A stretch of 64,000 nt of DNA from Micrococcales bacterium 72-143 (GCA_001898835.1 MKVM01000001.1:625615-689614), one strand, 5' to 3'; positions 31,757 to 42,999 are shown, numbered from the stretch's first letter. Notes: generated from the letters alone by a model not told the origin. Numbers and translations are program-made.

Positions 31757-32695
31757 CTATGCCGCGGCGTCGTCCGAGTGCAGCACCACTGTAGCACCCC
31801 GGAAGTCGACGGCGAGCATCAGGCACTCCCAGTGCGACTCGGCATGCGAGGCGATGAGCTCGGCGGCGCGCAGGCGCTGCGCGGGGTCGGATCCGAGCAC
31901 CAGGATCGAGGGGCCGGCGCCCGAGACGACCGCCGCGAGCCCATCCGCGCGCAGCACCTGGATGAGCGCATCCGTCTCGGGCATCGCGCTCGCACGATAG
32001 CTCTGGTGGAGCTTGTCCTCGGTGGCGGCGAGCAGCAGCTCGGGGCTCTGCACGAGGGCGGCGATGAGGAGCGCCGACCGCGAGACGTTGAAGATGGCGT
32101 CCTCGTGCGGCACCGAGTCGGGCTGGAGGCTGCGGGCGAGGGCGGTCGACATGGTGCGCTCCTGGGGCACCGCGACGAGCGGGCTCACGCCCCGGTGCAC
32201 GATGAGCTTCTTGTAGCGCGGCCCGTCGGGGGTGACCCAGGTGATGGTGAGGCCGCCGAACAGGGCGGGCGCGACGTTGTCGGGGTGCCCCTCGAGCTCG
32301 GTCGCGAGCGCGAGCAGCTGCTCGGCGGTGAAGTCCACGACGCCCTCGAGCAGCCCCTTGGCGGCCATGATCCCGGAGACGATCGCGGCCCCCGAGGAGC
32401 CCATGCCACGACCGTGCGGGATGGCGTTGTGCGCCACGAGGTCGAGCCCGGGCAGCTCCTGCCCGACCGCGGCGAAGGTGTGGGCGATCGCACGCACGAC
32501 GAGGTTCGTCTCGTCGGTGGGCACCTCCCCCTCGCCGACGCCGACGACGCGGACGGTCGCCCCGGGCTCCGTCCGCGCGGTCACCGTGAGCTCGTCGTAG
32601 ACGGCGAGCGCCATGCCGAGGGTGTCGAAGCCGGGACCGAGGTTGGCGGTCGTCGCGGGGACCCGGACCGTGACGGAACGGCCGAGGAGGCTCAT
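31757..32695 (-). CDS. thrB: Homoserine kinase
   Basis: [24 protein letters not shown] and the GHMP motif [12 protein letters not shown]. The ATG overlaps the thrC stop (ATGA). Confidence 0.95.
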   Translation of the reverse strand: MSLLGRSVTVRVPATTANLGPGFDTLGMALAVYDELTVTARTEPGATVRVVGVGEGEVPTDETNLVVRAIAHTFAAVGQELPGLDLVAHNAIPHGRGMGSSGAAIVSGIMAAKGLLEGVVDFTAEQLLALATELEGHPDNVAPALFGGLTITWVTPDGPRYKKLIVHRGVSPLVAVPQERTMSTALARSLQPDSVPHEDAIFNVSRSALLIAALVQSPELLLAATEDKLHQSYRASAMPETDALIQVLRADGLAAVVSGAGPSILVLGSDPAQRLRAAELIASHAESHWECLMLAVDFRGATVVLHSDDAAA

Positions 32696-33792
32696 GCAGA
32701 CGCCGTCGCGTCGGCGGGACGCTGCGCGAGGCCCAGCACCTCGGCGATCTCCGCGGTGTCGACGGCCACGCTCGTGGGCTGCACCTCGGAGCCGTCCGCG
32801 GCCTTGAGGGCCCACTGCGGGTCCTTGAGGCCGTGGCCGGTGACCGTGAGCACGACGGTCGCGCCCGCAGGCACCGCGCCGGCCTCGGCGCGGTCGAGGA
32901 GGCCCGCGACGCTCGCCGCCGACGCCGGCTCGACGAAGACGCCGACCTCGCTCGAGAGGATGCGGTGCGCCTCGAGGATCTTCGCGTCGCTGATCGCACC
33001 GAAGTATCCGTCGGTCTCCTCCCGCGCCGCGAGCGCGAGCTCCCACGACGCCGGGTTGCCGATGCGGATGGCGCTCGCGATCGTCTCGGGGTCGCGCACG
33101 ATCTCGCCCCGCACGAGCGGCGCGGAGCCTGCGGCCTGGAAGCCGAACATCCGGGGGCGCTTCGTCGTGACGCCGCGCTCAGCCTCCTCGCGGTAGCCGC
33201 GCGAGTAGGCCGTGTAGTTGCCCGCGTTGCCGACGGGGATGAAGTGGAAGTCGGGCGCGTCGCCGAGCACCTCGACGACCTCGAAGGCCGCCGTCTTCTG
33301 CCCCTCGATGCGGTCGTTGTTGACCGAGTTCACGAGGTGCACGGGGTAGTTCGCGGCGAGGTCGCGCGCGATGTCGAGGCAGTCGTCGAAGTTGCCGCGC
33401 ACCTGCAGGAGCTCGGCCCCGTGCGCGATCGCCTGGGCGAGCTTGCCCATGGCGATCTTGCCCTCCGGCACGAGCACGGCCGCGGTGATGCCCGCGTGCG
33501 TGGCGTAGGCGGCGGCAGACGCCGAGGTGTTGCCGGTCGAGGCGCAGATGATGGCCTTCGCTCCGTGCTCGACGGCCTTCGAGACGGCCATCGTCATGCC
33601 CCGGTCCTTGAAGGATCCCGTGGGGTTCATGCCCTCGAACTTCACCCAGACCGTCGCGCCCGTGCGCGCCGACAGCGCGGGGGCCGGGATGAGCGGCGTG
33701 CCGCCCTCGCCGAGGGTGATGATGGGCGTCGCGTCCGTCACGTCGAGCCGGTCGGCGTATTCGCGCAGCACGCCGCGCCACTGGTGAGCCAT
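32692..33792 (-). CDS. thrC: Threonine synthase
   Basis: PLP lysine motif [10 protein letters not shown]. 366 aa. Confidence 0.96.
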   Translation of the reverse strand: MAHQWRGVLREYADRLDVTDATPIITLGEGGTPLIPAPALSARTGATVWVKFEGMNPTGSFKDRGMTMAVSKAVEHGAKAIICASTGNTSASAAAYATHAGITAAVLVPEGKIAMGKLAQAIAHGAELLQVRGNFDDCLDIARDLAANYPVHLVNSVNNDRIEGQKTAAFEVVEVLGDAPDFHFIPVGNAGNYTAYSRGYREEAERGVTTKRPRMFGFQAAGSAPLVRGEIVRDPETIASAIRIGNPASWELALAAREETDGYFGAISDAKILEAHRILSSEVGVFVEPASAASVAGLLDRAEAGAVPAGATVVLTVTGHGLKDPQWALKAADGSEVQPTSVAVDTAEIAEVLGLAQRPADATASA

Positions 33793-33800
33793 TGTCTTCC

Positions 33801-35126
33801 TTACAGTCCCTCGACCCGGAGCACGCTCTCGACCCGTGCGACCACGGCGCTTCCCGCCAGGTCGGCGACCGTCGCGGCGAGCGCGGCCTCGGTCGCCCGG
33901 TGCGTGCCGATCACCAGCGTAGCGCCGGGCGCATTCCCGTCCGGACCGGGCTCCCCCGCCACCGACTGCTGCACGGCCTCCACCGACACCCCGTGCTCGG
34001 CGAACACGGTCGCGATCTGCGCGAGCACACCCGGCAGGTCGAGCACGCTGAGCGTGATCTGGTAGCGCGTCGAGACGCGGCTGATCGGCAGGATGGGCAG
34101 GTCGGCGTGGGTCGACTCCGCGACACCGGGGCCGCCGACGACGTGACGCCGCGCGGCCGACACGAGGTCGCCGAGCACCGCGGAGGCGGTCTGCACCCCG
34201 CCCGCACCGGCGCCGTAGAACATCAGGCTGCCCGCGGCCTCCGCCTCAACGAACACGGCGTTGTTGGCACCGTGCACCGCGGCGAGCGGATGGGTCGACG
34301 GGATGAGCGCGGGGTGCACGCGGGCGCTCACGCCGTCCTCCCCCGTCTCCGGGTCGACGAGGCGCTCGCACACGGCGAGCAGCTTGACGACGAAACCGTT
34401 CCGCTGCGCCGCGAGCACCTGCTCGCGGGTGACGCCCGTGATGCCCTCGCGGTGCACGGCCTCGACGGGGACCGTGGTGTGGAACGCCAAGCTCGACAGG
34501 ATGGCGGCCTTCTGCGCCGCGTCGTAGCCCTCGATGTCGGCGGTGGGGTCGGCCTCCGCGTAGCCGAGCTCGGTCGCCACCGCGAGCGCCTGTTCGAGCG
34601 AGTCGCCGTCGCGGTCCATGCGGTCGAGGATGTAGTTGGTCGTGCCGTTCACGATGCCGAGGATGCGGTTGACGCGGTCGCCCGCGAGGCTGTCGCGCAG
34701 CGGACGGATGATCGGGATCGCACCGCCGACCGCCGCCTCGTAGTACAGCTGGGCGCCCACCTGCTCGGCGATCGCGAAGAGCTCGGGACCGTGGGTGGCG
34801 AGCAGGGCCTTGTTCGCCGTGATGACGTCGGCCCCCGAGGTGAGCGCGAGCTCGAGGTACTCGCGAGCGGGGTCGATGCCGCCCATCACCTCGATCACGA
34901 TGTCGGCGCCGAGGATGAGCGATCGGGCATCTGTCGTCAGCAGCTCGCGCGGCAGCTCGGCGGTGCGCGGCGCGTCGAGGTCGCGCACGGCGATCCCGAC
35001 GAGCTCGAGCCCGGCGCCGACGCGCCCGGCGAGCTCCTCGCCATGCTGCAGCAGCAGCGACGCCACCTGGGCGCCCACGGAGCCGGCGCCGAGGACGGCG
35101 ATTCTGAGGTTGCGGTATTCGATCAT
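33801..35126 (-). CDS. hom: Homoserine dehydrogenase
   Basis: N-terminal NAD-binding [10 protein letters not shown] and a C-terminal ACT-like domain. Operon context supports the call. Confidence 0.95.
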   Translation of the reverse strand: MIEYRNLRIAVLGAGSVGAQVASLLLQHGEELAGRVGAGLELVGIAVRDLDAPRTAELPRELLTTDARSLILGADIVIEVMGGIDPAREYLELALTSGADVITANKALLATHGPELFAIAEQVGAQLYYEAAVGGAIPIIRPLRDSLAGDRVNRILGIVNGTTNYILDRMDRDGDSLEQALAVATELGYAEADPTADIEGYDAAQKAAILSSLAFHTTVPVEAVHREGITGVTREQVLAAQRNGFVVKLLAVCERLVDPETGEDGVSARVHPALIPSTHPLAAVHGANNAVFVEAEAAGSLMFYGAGAGGVQTASAVLGDLVSAARRHVVGGPGVAESTHADLPILPISRVSTRYQITLSVLDLPGVLAQIATVFAEHGVSVEAVQQSVAGEPGPDGNAPGATLVIGTHRATEAALAATVADLAGSAVVARVESVLRVEGL

Positions 35127-35135
35127 GCGCGTGGT

Positions 35136-36569
35136 TCAGCGTTCCCGGTCGAGGATGGTGTCGATGTCGATCTCCTCGGCGCCCGAGGAGTAGCCGGAGT
35201 CCCGCCGCAGCAGGTCGTGCGCGTTCTCGCGGCGGACGAGCACGCGGCTCGTCCCCTCGCGGACCGCGACGACGGCGGGACGTCCGAGGTAGTTGTAGTT
35301 GCTGGAGAGCGACCAGCAGTAGGCGCCCGTCGCGGCCACCGCGAGCAGGTCGCCCGGCCGCACGTCGCCCGGCAGGTACTCGTCGCGCACGACGATGTCG
35401 CCCGACTCGCAGTGCTTGCCGGCGACGCGCACGAGGGCGGGGTCGGCATCCGTCGCGCGGTTCGCGATGCGCGCCGTGTATTCCGCGTGGTAGAGCGCGG
35501 TGCGCAGGTTGTCGCTCATGCCGCCGTCGACGCTCACGTAGCGACGCACCGCGGTGCCGTCGACGAGCACGTCCTTGACGGTGCCGACCTCGTAGAGCGT
35601 GATGCCGGCGGGGCCGATGATGGCGCGGCCGGGCTCGATCGCGATCGCGGGCACCGGGATGCCGAGGCGCGCGCACTCCGCGCCCACGGCCTCCGCGAAG
35701 TCGGCGGCGATCGACTCGATCGGCGCGACCTCGTCGGCACTCGTGTAGGCGATGCCGAAGCCGCCGCCGAGGTTGAGCTCCGGCAGCTCGCCGCCGGCGC
35801 TCAGCTCGGCGTGCAGGGCGAGGAGGCGACGCGCGGCCTCGAGGAAGCCGGCCGACTCGAAGATCTGCGAGCCGATGTGCGAGTGCAGACCGAGGAGGCG
35901 CAGGCTCGCGTGCGAGCGGATCGCGGCGACCGCCGCGGGCGCCTCGGCGATCGGGATGCCGAACTTCTGGTCCTCGCGGGCGGTCGCCAGGTACTCGTGG
36001 GTGGAGGCGTGGACGCCGCTGTTGATGCGCAGCCGCACGTTCTGCACCCGGCCGTGCCGGGAGGCCGCCTGCGCGACACGGTCGATCTCGACGACGCTGT
36101 CGAGAACGATCGCGCCCACACCGAGCCCGACCGCCTGGTCGATCTCGGTGAGGCTCTTGTTGTTGCCGTGGAAGCCGAGGCGGCGCGGGTCGAGACCGGC
36201 GGCCTCGACGACGGCGAGCTCGCCTCCGCTGCACACGTCGAGGTTGAGGCCCTCGTCGGCCATCCAGCGCGCCACCTCGATCGTGAGGAAGGCCTTGCCC
36301 GCGTAGTACACGGTCGTCGGCACGCCGAGCGGCTCGAAGGCGCGCGCGAACGCGTCGCGGATGCGGCGGGCGCGCGCCCGGGCGCCATCCTCGTCGACGA
36401 CATAGAGGGGCGTGCCGTACGCGGCGTGCAGAGCGGGAGCGCTCACGCCCCCCACGCGGAGGGCGCCGGAGTCGGTGCGGGCGGCGGACGACGGCCACAC
36501 GCGCGGGTCGAGCGCGTTCGCATCGTCGGGATGCGCGAGCCGCTCGGGGGCGAGGGGGCTGGCGGTCAT
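35136..36569 (-). CDS. lysA: Diaminopimelate decarboxylase
   Basis: YAGKAF (PLP Lys), LNLGGGFGIAY and CESGD motifs. Confidence 0.95.
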   Translation of the reverse strand: MTASPLAPERLAHPDDANALDPRVWPSSAARTDSGALRVGGVSAPALHAAYGTPLYVVDEDGARARARRIRDAFARAFEPLGVPTTVYYAGKAFLTIEVARWMADEGLNLDVCSGGELAVVEAAGLDPRRLGFHGNNKSLTEIDQAVGLGVGAIVLDSVVEIDRVAQAASRHGRVQNVRLRINSGVHASTHEYLATAREDQKFGIPIAEAPAAVAAIRSHASLRLLGLHSHIGSQIFESAGFLEAARRLLALHAELSAGGELPELNLGGGFGIAYTSADEVAPIESIAADFAEAVGAECARLGIPVPAIAIEPGRAIIGPAGITLYEVGTVKDVLVDGTAVRRYVSVDGGMSDNLRTALYHAEYTARIANRATDADPALVRVAGKHCESGDIVVRDEYLPGDVRPGDLLAVAATGAYCWSLSSNYNYLGRPAVVAVREGTSRVLVRRENAHDLLRRDSGYSSGAEEIDIDTILDRER

Positions 36570-36665
36570 GCGAACCTCACGGGGACGTCGGAACGAAGAG
36601 TGAGGCGAGCGAACCCGGCTTGGTCCCTGAAGCCGTGACGAGTCTAGCCGAGGCGCATGCGGCCC

Positions 36666-37097
36666 TCAGGACGCGGTGGCACGGCGCCAGAGGCCCCGCA
36701 CGAGAAGCGGGTAGCCGACGCCCGCGGCGACCGCGATCACGAGGGCGACGACGAGCCCGAGGAGGGCGGAGGCCGGATAGAACACGATGGGCGAGACGAA
36801 GGCGCCGACGATCGCGCCGACCGCGGCCGCGATCGCCTCCGGGCGCGGCGCGCGCCGGCCCGCGACGACCGCGACACCGGCGACGGCGAACAGGAACGGG
36901 GGCACCGCCATCCCCAGTCCGATGCCGACGACGGCGGGCAGCAGTGAGAGGAGCAGCTCTCCCCCTCCCGCGGCGGCACCGACGCCGAGCACCGCGAGCA
37001 GGAGCCCGAGCACGACCCCGCCCACGGCGGACACCCAGGCGAGCCGCCCCGCGATGCGCCGCAACGGCGGCGCGGGGATCGCGTCGGCCTCGCTCAC
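36666..37097 (-). CDS. Small hypothetical membrane protein
   Basis: C-terminal 143 aa of track ORF 36666..37832. GTG 37097 overlaps the upstream stop (GTGA). Very hydrophobic Gly/Ala/Val-rich helices. Confidence 0.55.
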   Translation of the reverse strand: MSEADAIPAPPLRRIAGRLAWVSAVGGVVLGLLLAVLGVGAAAGGGELLLSLLPAVVGIGLGMAVPPFLFAVAGVAVVAGRRAPRPEAIAAAVGAIVGAFVSPIVFYPASALLGLVVALVIAVAAGVGYPLLVRGLWRRATAS

Positions 37098-37894
37098 GCG
37101 GCGCAGACGCCCTTCTGCTGGAAGGACTCGCCACCGAGCGCGACGCCGGAGCCGTCGAACGTCGCCACGAGATGGGTTCCCTCGACGCTCAGCTCCGTCA
37201 GCGTCAGGGCGGCGGGCAACGCGTCGGCGATGCACACACGGCGCTGCTGCAGGAGCGCGTCGACGAGACCCCGGAACAGCGAGGGCTGCCGCGCCTCGTC
37301 GGCGGTGAAGGTCTGATCGCCGATGCGGATGCTCGTGGGATCCAGCGCGAGATCGCCGTCGACGGCCGACGGCGTCAGCCCGACGCCGAGGGCGAGAGGG
37401 GTTCCGAGCACCGAGATGCTGCCGGTCACGACGACCTCGGGACCGTCGATCCCCACATCGTCGATCGCCACACCCGGGATCTCGGGGACGAGCGCGGCGA
37501 GCGCGTCCTCGGGGGCGGAGTAGCGGACCTTCAGCTCGCGGGTGGGGCCGTTCATGTCGAGGGGCACGCCCTCCGCGACGATGTCGAGCCTCCCCGTGAG
37601 CGGACCGAGCACGAGCCGCGGCACCTCCACATCGACCCGGTCGAGACGTCCGGTGAGCGCCTGGACGAGAACCGGGCCGCCCCCGATCGACGCCTGCACC
37701 TCGGTGCCGCGCGGCACGTCGAGAGCCGACGCCACCTGCTCGGCGATGGCGCGCTCGGCGAGGCCGCGCGCCAGGGCGTCCGCGGCGAAGCCCGCGCCGA
37801 CGAGCAGCACCCCGACCCCGGCGAGCACCCACGGCCAGACACGCCGGCGGCGCGGAGCGAGCTCGGACGGCGTGGGAGGCGGCGCGTCGGTCAT
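37094..37894 (-). CDS. DUF2993 (LmeA-like) family membrane-anchored protein
   Basis: Internal ATG (aa 203 of track ORF 37094..38500). MTDAPPPTPSELAPRRRRVWPWVLAGVGVLLVGAGF anchor, then a repeated beta-rich region. The family call is from memory. Confidence 0.7.
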   Translation of the reverse strand: MTDAPPPTPSELAPRRRRVWPWVLAGVGVLLVGAGFAADALARGLAERAIAEQVASALDVPRGTEVQASIGGGPVLVQALTGRLDRVDVEVPRLVLGPLTGRLDIVAEGVPLDMNGPTRELKVRYSAPEDALAALVPEIPGVAIDDVGIDGPEVVVTGSISVLGTPLALGVGLTPSAVDGDLALDPTSIRIGDQTFTADEARQPSLFRGLVDALLQQRRVCIADALPAALTLTELSVEGTHLVATFDGSGVALGGESFQQKGVCAA

Positions 37895-37895
37895 C

Positions 37896-39557
37896 TCACA
37901 TCCGTTCGGGGGCGCTGACGCCGAGCAGCCCGAGACCGTTGCGCAGCACCTGCCCGGTCGCGTCGTTGAGGGTGAGGCGTGCCCGGTGCACGGCCTCGAC
38001 GGGGTCGTCGCCGAGCGGGATGACGCGGCAGGCGCCGTACCAGCGGTGGTACGAGCCGGCGAGCTCCTCGAGGTAGCGCGCGACCCGGTGCGGCTCGCGC
38101 AGCTCGACGGCCTGCAACGTGATGCGGGGGAACTCGGCGAGCGCGCCGAGCAGTTCGCTCTCCGTCTCGTGCGAGAGCAGCGACGGGTCGAAATCGTCGC
38201 GTGTGATGCCGGCCGCCGCCGCGTTGCGGGCCACCGCCCGCGTACGCGACTGCGCGTACTGCACGTAGAAGACCGGGTTGTCGTTCGTCTTCTTCGCGAG
38301 CAGGTCGAGGTCGATGTCGATGTTCGAGTCGATCGAGCTGCGCACGAGGGCGTAGCGGGCGGCGTCGACGCCGACCGCGTCGACGAGGTCCTCCATCGTG
38401 ACGACCGTGCCGGCGCGCTTCGACATCCGCATCGGCTCGCCGTCCCGGAGGAGGTTGACCAGCTGCCCGATGAGGATCTCGTGGTTGACGTAGGGGACAT
38501 CGCCGAACGCCGCCGTCATCGCCATGAGGCGCTTGACGTAGCCGTGGTGGTCGGCACCGAGCATGATGAGGCAGCGCTCGAAGCCGCGCTCGCGCTTGTC
38601 GAGGTAGTAGGCGAGGTCGCCCGAGATGTACGCGGGCTCGCCGTCGGACTTGATGACGACGCGGTCCTTGTCGTCGCCGAACTCGGTCGTGCGCAGCCAG
38701 GTGGCACCGTCGGCCTCGTAGATGTGGCCCAGCTCCCGCAGCCGTGCGACGGCGCGCTCGACCGCACCCGACTCGTGCAGCGAGTTCTCGTGGAAGTACA
38801 CGTCGAAGTCGACCCCGAAGTCGTGCAGGCTCGCCTTGATCTCGCCGAACATCTGCGCGACGCCGAGCTCGCGGAACACCTCCTGCTGCTCCTCGCGCGG
38901 CAGGGCGTCGAGGTCGCCCGGGTAGTCCTGCTCGACGCGCGCGGCGATGTCGAGGATGTAGCTGCCGCCGTAGCCGTCCTCCGGCGCCGGCTCGCCGCGG
39001 TGGGCCGCGACGAGGCTGCGCGCGAAGCGGTCGATCTGGGCACCGTGGTCGTTGAAGTAGTACTCGCGCGTGACGAGACCGCCCTGCGCCTCCATGAGCC
39101 TCGCAAGGCTGTCGCCGACGGCGGCCCAGCGCGTGCCGCCGATGTGGATCGGCCCGGTCGGGTTGGCGGAGACGAACTCGAGGTCGATGCGCACGCCGTC
39201 GTACAACGTGCCGCGCCCGTAGGCCTCCCCCTCCGCGAGGATGCGCTCCGCGAGGGCCCCCGCCGCCGCCGCGTCGAGGGTGATGTTGAGGAAGCCGGGA
39301 CCGGCGACCTCGGCGCCGGCGACGCCGTCGGCGCCCGCCAGAGATGCGGCGAGCGCCTCCGCGAGCTCGCGCGGCGCGACCCCGAGGCGCTTGCCGAGCT
39401 TGAGGGCGACGTTCGAGGCCCAGTCGCCGTGCTCGCGGTTGCGGGGGCGCTCGAGGGTGACGTCGTCGGGCGTGACCTGGTCGGGATCCGTGCCGCGCTC
39501 CGCGGCCGCCCGGCGCACGTGGTCGAGCAGGACGGCGGCGAGTTCGGCGGGATTCAC
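37896..39557 (-). CDS. argS: Arginine--tRNA ligase
   Basis: HIGH-type motif PTGPIHIGG and KMSK-type motif MRMSKR. Start at GTG 39557 ([13 protein letters not shown]), with aggatcgga upstream. Confidence 0.95.
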   Translation of the reverse strand: MNPAELAAVLLDHVRRAAAERGTDPDQVTPDDVTLERPRNREHGDWASNVALKLGKRLGVAPRELAEALAASLAGADGVAGAEVAGPGFLNITLDAAAAGALAERILAEGEAYGRGTLYDGVRIDLEFVSANPTGPIHIGGTRWAAVGDSLARLMEAQGGLVTREYYFNDHGAQIDRFARSLVAAHRGEPAPEDGYGGSYILDIAARVEQDYPGDLDALPREEQQEVFRELGVAQMFGEIKASLHDFGVDFDVYFHENSLHESGAVERAVARLRELGHIYEADGATWLRTTEFGDDKDRVVIKSDGEPAYISGDLAYYLDKRERGFERCLIMLGADHHGYVKRLMAMTAAFGDVPYVNHEILIGQLVNLLRDGEPMRMSKRAGTVVTMEDLVDAVGVDAARYALVRSSIDSNIDIDLDLLAKKTNDNPVFYVQYAQSRTRAVARNAAAAGITRDDFDPSLLSHETESELLGALAEFPRITLQAVELREPHRVARYLEELAGSYHRWYGACRVIPLGDDPVEAVHRARLTLNDATGQVLRNGLGLLGVSAPERM

Positions 39558-39625
39558 GAGGTCCGATCCTAGCCGTCCCGCCCGTCGCTGCAGCCCGGAC
39601 GACAGGGGCGGGCGACAATGGGGCA

Positions 39626-40195
39626 ATGCGTCGTCCCCTGCTGCTCGTGTCGTCCGCATCCGCCCTCCTCGTCACGGGCGCGCTGCTCGCGGGGTGCACG
39701 ACGCCCATGCCGCAGCCGACCCCGAGCGGCAGCACGCCGAGCGGCGACGCCTCGCCGTCGACGAGCGCCACGCCGTCGGAATCGCCCTCCGCGCCGGGCT
39801 CGACGCCCGTGGACATCGCGTGCGACGTGCTCATCACGCCGCAGGCCATGTACGACTTCAACCCCAACTTCAGCCTGCTGTCCTCATGGAAGCCGGATGC
39901 CGGAACCCCCGCGGCCTCCGCGCTCGACGCGCAGGGGGTCGCCTGCCGCTGGCAGAACGACACGAGCGGCGAGACGATCGAAGTCTCGGTGGCGTCCCTC
40001 GATCAGGCCGCCCTCGAGGCGAAGGCCGCCGACGCGGGGAGCTCGGCGTCGTATGGCTTCTTCCGTGTGACTGCCGGCGCGGGCGAGGCGACCGCGATCG
40101 ACGGCCCCTACTGGCTCGTGGTGCGCTCCTCGTACTTCGCCGCCGCCGCCGATGCGCAGCAGCTCGTCGCTGCGGCGGTCTCCGCGCTGCCCTGA
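39626..40195 (+). CDS. Hypothetical lipoprotein
   Basis: [24 protein letters not shown] lipobox, followed by a Pro/Ser/Thr linker. Confidence 0.75.
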   Translation: MRRPLLLVSSASALLVTGALLAGCTTPMPQPTPSGSTPSGDASPSTSATPSESPSAPGSTPVDIACDVLITPQAMYDFNPNFSLLSSWKPDAGTPAASALDAQGVACRWQNDTSGETIEVSVASLDQAALEAKAADAGSSASYGFFRVTAGAGEATAIDGPYWLVVRSSYFAAAADAQQLVAAAVSALP

Positions 40196-40208
40196 CGCCG
40201 CCGGAGGC

Positions 40209-41009
40209 TCAGCCGAGCTCGACGGGCTCCGCGTGGTCGTCGGCGAGCGCGACGTCGGCGCGCGCGTCGACCGACATCGCGAGCAGCTCCACGTCGGCGA
40301 GCGTGTTCGTCTCGAAGGCGGTGTCGGCGGCGTCGCGTCCGGTCGCGATCCGGACGAGGCCCGTGCGCGGCGCGAGACGTGTCGCGTCGACGACGACCCA
40401 CCTCCCCTCCACGAGCACCTCGACGACGGCGTGCAGGTCCATCGGCTCGAGCTGCGGCGCGTAGACGGACACCACGCGGGCCGGGTGGTCGAGCGCGCGC
40501 AGCAGGGCGGCGGTCACGTGCGCGAAGTCGCGGCAGACACCCGCACCCGTGCCGAGCGTCTCGACCGCACCGCCCGTCGGCGAGGTCGCCGTGCCGTCGT
40601 AGCGCAACCGCTCGTGCACCCAGTCGCCGACGGCGCGGGCCAGGGGCCAGCCCTCCACCCCGCCGAAGGTGTCGCGGGCGAAGGGCGTGAGCGCATCCGA
40701 CTGCACGTACCGGCTCGGACGCAGGTAGACCACGGCGTCGAGCGGGTCGACGGCCGCGGGCTCGGCACGCCCGACGACCGTCGCCGTGTAGTCGACCCGC
40801 AGGATGCCGGGCGTGGTCTCGAAGAGGTCGAGGCGTGTGCCCTGGGACTCGGCGAGCGGCCGCGTCTCGACGGGGTCGCCGCCGATGCTCACGCGCAGCG
40901 TCTCGACGGCGGTCGGCACGCCGTCCGCCACGGCGAGCGCGACCGCGAAGGCCGTGGGATCCGAGACCTCGAAGACGAGGCTCGACCTCACCTCGCGCCG
41001 CACGGTCAC
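40209..41009 (-). CDS. Transglutaminase-like family protein
   Basis: Cys-His-Asp core: GAGVCRDFAH...DLHAVVEV...VVVDAT. Confidence 0.85.
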   Translation of the reverse strand: MTVRREVRSSLVFEVSDPTAFAVALAVADGVPTAVETLRVSIGGDPVETRPLAESQGTRLDLFETTPGILRVDYTATVVGRAEPAAVDPLDAVVYLRPSRYVQSDALTPFARDTFGGVEGWPLARAVGDWVHERLRYDGTATSPTGGAVETLGTGAGVCRDFAHVTAALLRALDHPARVVSVYAPQLEPMDLHAVVEVLVEGRWVVVDATRLAPRTGLVRIATGRDAADTAFETNTLADVELLAMSVDARADVALADDHAEPVELG

Positions 41010-41061
41010 GCCCGTCGCGTCGCGGGGGCGGGGGTCGGCATGCTGATAGCCTAGGTGCCGC

Positions 41062-41137
41062 GCCCTCGTAGCTCAGTGGATAGAGCGCTTCCCTCCGGAG
41101 GAAGAAGTCGCACGTTCGAATCGTGTCGAGGGCACCA
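41062..41137 (+). tRNA. tRNA-Arg (anticodon CCG)
   Basis: Hand-folded cloverleaf: acceptor GCCCTCG/CGAGGGC, D arm GCTC-AGTGGATA-GAGC, anticodon arm CTTCC-CTCCGGA-GGAAG, T arm GCACG-TTCGAAT-CGTGT, discriminator A. CCA is encoded. Confidence 0.93.
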
Positions 41138-41172
41138 TCGTTTTCCGGGCGCCGCCCGTCACACTGGATGCC

Positions 41173-42288
41173 ATGCGCGTCGTCGTGGCCCCCGACTCCT
41201 TCACGGGGTCGATCTCGGCGCGCGGGGCCGCCGCCGCGATCGCGGCTGGCTGGCGCGCCGTGCGCCCGGGCGACGAGGTCGCCCTGCTGCCGCAGGCGGA
41301 CGGCGGCGTCGGCACGCTCGACGTCGTCGCGCGTGCGGTGCCGGATGCCCAGGTGCGCGACGCGGGAACGGTCGCGGGCGCCGGCGGCCGCCCGGTGCGC
41401 GCCCGCTGGCTCGAGCTGCCCGACGGCCGTGCCCTCGTCGAGCTCGCCGACTGCGTCGGGCTGCAGCTCATGGACCGACCCGATCCGCTCCGGGCGTCCA
41501 CACGCGGGCTCGGCGAGCTGCTGGCCCGCGTGCTCGACGCGGGCACCACCCGCATCGTGGTCGGACTCGGGGGCTCGGGGTCGACCGACGGCGGTGCGGG
41601 CGCGCTCGCCGCGCTCGGGATGCGGCTGCTCGACGTGCGCGGGCGCGAGCTGCCCGAGGGCGGTGCGGCCCTCGCGGGGCTCGCGCATGTCGACACCGCG
41701 GGGCTGCGGACTCCCCCGGCCGAGCTCGTGCTGTGGTGCGACGTCGAGGCGCCGCTCACCGGGCCGCGCGGCGCGGCATCCGTGTTCGGCCCGCAGAAAG
41801 GCGCGACGCCGGACGAGGTACGCGTGCTGGAGGCCGCCCTCGCGCGTCTCGCAGCCGTGCTCGGCGGCGACCCGGATGCGGCCGGCTCGGGTGCGGCCGG
41901 GGGCACCGCGTACGGACTGCGCACGGCGTGGGGCGCGACCCTCGCCTCCGGTGCCGCGGCGGTCGCGGAGCTCACCGGGCTCGACGCCGCGATCGCCTCG
42001 GCCGACCTCGTGATCACGGGCGAGGGCCGCATCGACGCGAGCACCGCCACGGGCAAGGTCGTCGGCTCCGTACTCGGGCGCGCGGACGCCGCGGGCGTCC
42101 CCGTCGCCCTCGTCGCCGGAGCGATCGACGCATCCGCCGCCTCGGGACGCGAGGCCCTCGCCCTCGTCGATCTCGCCCCGAGCGACGCCGCCGCCATCTC
42201 CGATGCACCCACCTGGCTCGCTCGCGCGGGTGAGGCGCTCGCGCGAGACCGGAGAGTCGTGCGAAATGGTCGCGATGGGTCCCGATGA
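41173..42288 (+). CDS. glxK: Glycerate kinase
   Basis: MRVVVAPDSFTGSISA N-terminus and a C-terminal ITGEGRIDASTATGKV motif. Confidence 0.9.
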   Translation: MRVVVAPDSFTGSISARGAAAAIAAGWRAVRPGDEVALLPQADGGVGTLDVVARAVPDAQVRDAGTVAGAGGRPVRARWLELPDGRALVELADCVGLQLMDRPDPLRASTRGLGELLARVLDAGTTRIVVGLGGSGSTDGGAGALAALGMRLLDVRGRELPEGGAALAGLAHVDTAGLRTPPAELVLWCDVEAPLTGPRGAASVFGPQKGATPDEVRVLEAALARLAAVLGGDPDAAGSGAAGGTAYGLRTAWGATLASGAAAVAELTGLDAAIASADLVITGEGRIDASTATGKVVGSVLGRADAAGVPVALVAGAIDASAASGREALALVDLAPSDAAAISDAPTWLARAGEALARDRRVVRNGRDGSR

Positions 42289-42304
42289 CGACCATTTCGC
42301 ACGA
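42257..42304 (+). terminator. 16-bp perfect hairpin spanning the glxK stop codon
   Basis: TCGTGCGAAATGGTCG (42257..42272), then a 16-nt loop, then CGACCATTTCGCACGA (42289..42304). The glxK TGA (42286..42288) sits in the loop. No U-tract follows. Confidence 0.5.
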
Positions 42305-42369
42305 TTCTCGAGACCACCCCAACGTTGCGGCGCGAGTTCGACGTCTGAAGAAGTAGAGGGGAGGATGCC

Positions 42370-42999
42370 GTGGCCGAGTCCGGATGGGAACGCGTCGTGA
42401 CCGAGCTGGTCGCCGAACGCGGCGACGCGCTGCTGCGCTACGCGACGCTGCTCACCGGCAACCCCGACGATGCCGCCGACCTCGTGCAGGACTCGCTCGT
42501 GCGCACCTTCGGTCGCCTGCGGAACGGGTTCACCGTCGCGAGCGCGGAGTCGTACGTGCGCCGCGCGATCCTCAACGCATCCGTCGACCGCGGGCGGCGC
42601 GTCACCCGCTGGCGCCGCGTCGCGCCCACCCAGTACGAGCCCGACGAGCTGCCCGCCGCCGACGAGGCGACGGCCCTCCGGCTCGACGTGCACGACGAGC
42701 TGCGGAAGCTCACCCCGCGCGAGCGCGCCTGCCTCGTGCTGCGCTACTACGACGACCTCAAGGTCGACGACATCGCGACCGCCCTCGGCATCAGCTCGGG
42801 CGCGGTGAAGCGCTACCTGAGCGACGGGCTCGCCAAGATGGCGATCGCGCTCGCCGACGACGGCACCGCCGCCGACCGACTCGGCCCCGGCGGGGCGCGC
42901 CCCGGCACGGGCACGACGCCACTGCGGCGACCGTCGCTCCCCCGGCCGAATGCGGCCCGCCCCGAGGAGAAGGAGGGCGACCGTGCCCACCGAAGCTGA
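42370..42999 (+). CDS. ECF-type (SigE-family) RNA polymerase sigma-70 factor
   Basis: Region 2 DAADLVQDSLVRTF. Region 4 RERACLVLRYYDDLKVDDIATALGISSGAVKRYLSDG. GTG start. Confidence 0.88.
   Translation: MAESGWERVVTELVAERGDALLRYATLLTGNPDDAADLVQDSLVRTFGRLRNGFTVASAESYVRRAILNASVDRGRRVTRWRRVAPTQYEPDELPAADEATALRLDVHDELRKLTPRERACLVLRYYDDLKVDDIATALGISSGAVKRYLSDGLAKMAIALADDGTAADRLGPGGARPGTGTTPLRRPSLPRPNAARPEEKEGDRAHRS

Noticed and set aside
28425-32000. 1191-aa plus-strand ORF opposite prmC, prfA and rho
   Set aside because: It is antisense to three highly conserved genes and has low-complexity composition.
29610-32999. Single 1129-aa ORF joining rho to upstream sequence. Similar over-long track ORFs occur at 24394..25779, 51258..52916, 59447..60946, 60043..61788, 60846..62264, 61913..63874, 46823..49759 and 13739..15499.
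   Set aside because: The N-terminal parts are Arg/Pro-rich and overlap the neighbouring real genes in another frame. Internal starts with RBS or 4-nt overlaps give proteins of canonical length.
33792-36638. 948-aa plus-strand ORF and 750-aa minus-strand alternate-frame ORF (34246..36498) over hom/lysA
   Set aside because: The hom and lysA frames carry canonical motifs. The alternatives are Arg/Gly/Asp-rich with no recognisable domains.
41010-41172. tRNA-Arg as an integration site for a genomic island or prophage
   Set aside because: No integrase, direct repeat of the tRNA 3' end, or compositional shift is seen on either side. The flanking genes are ordinary metabolic genes.
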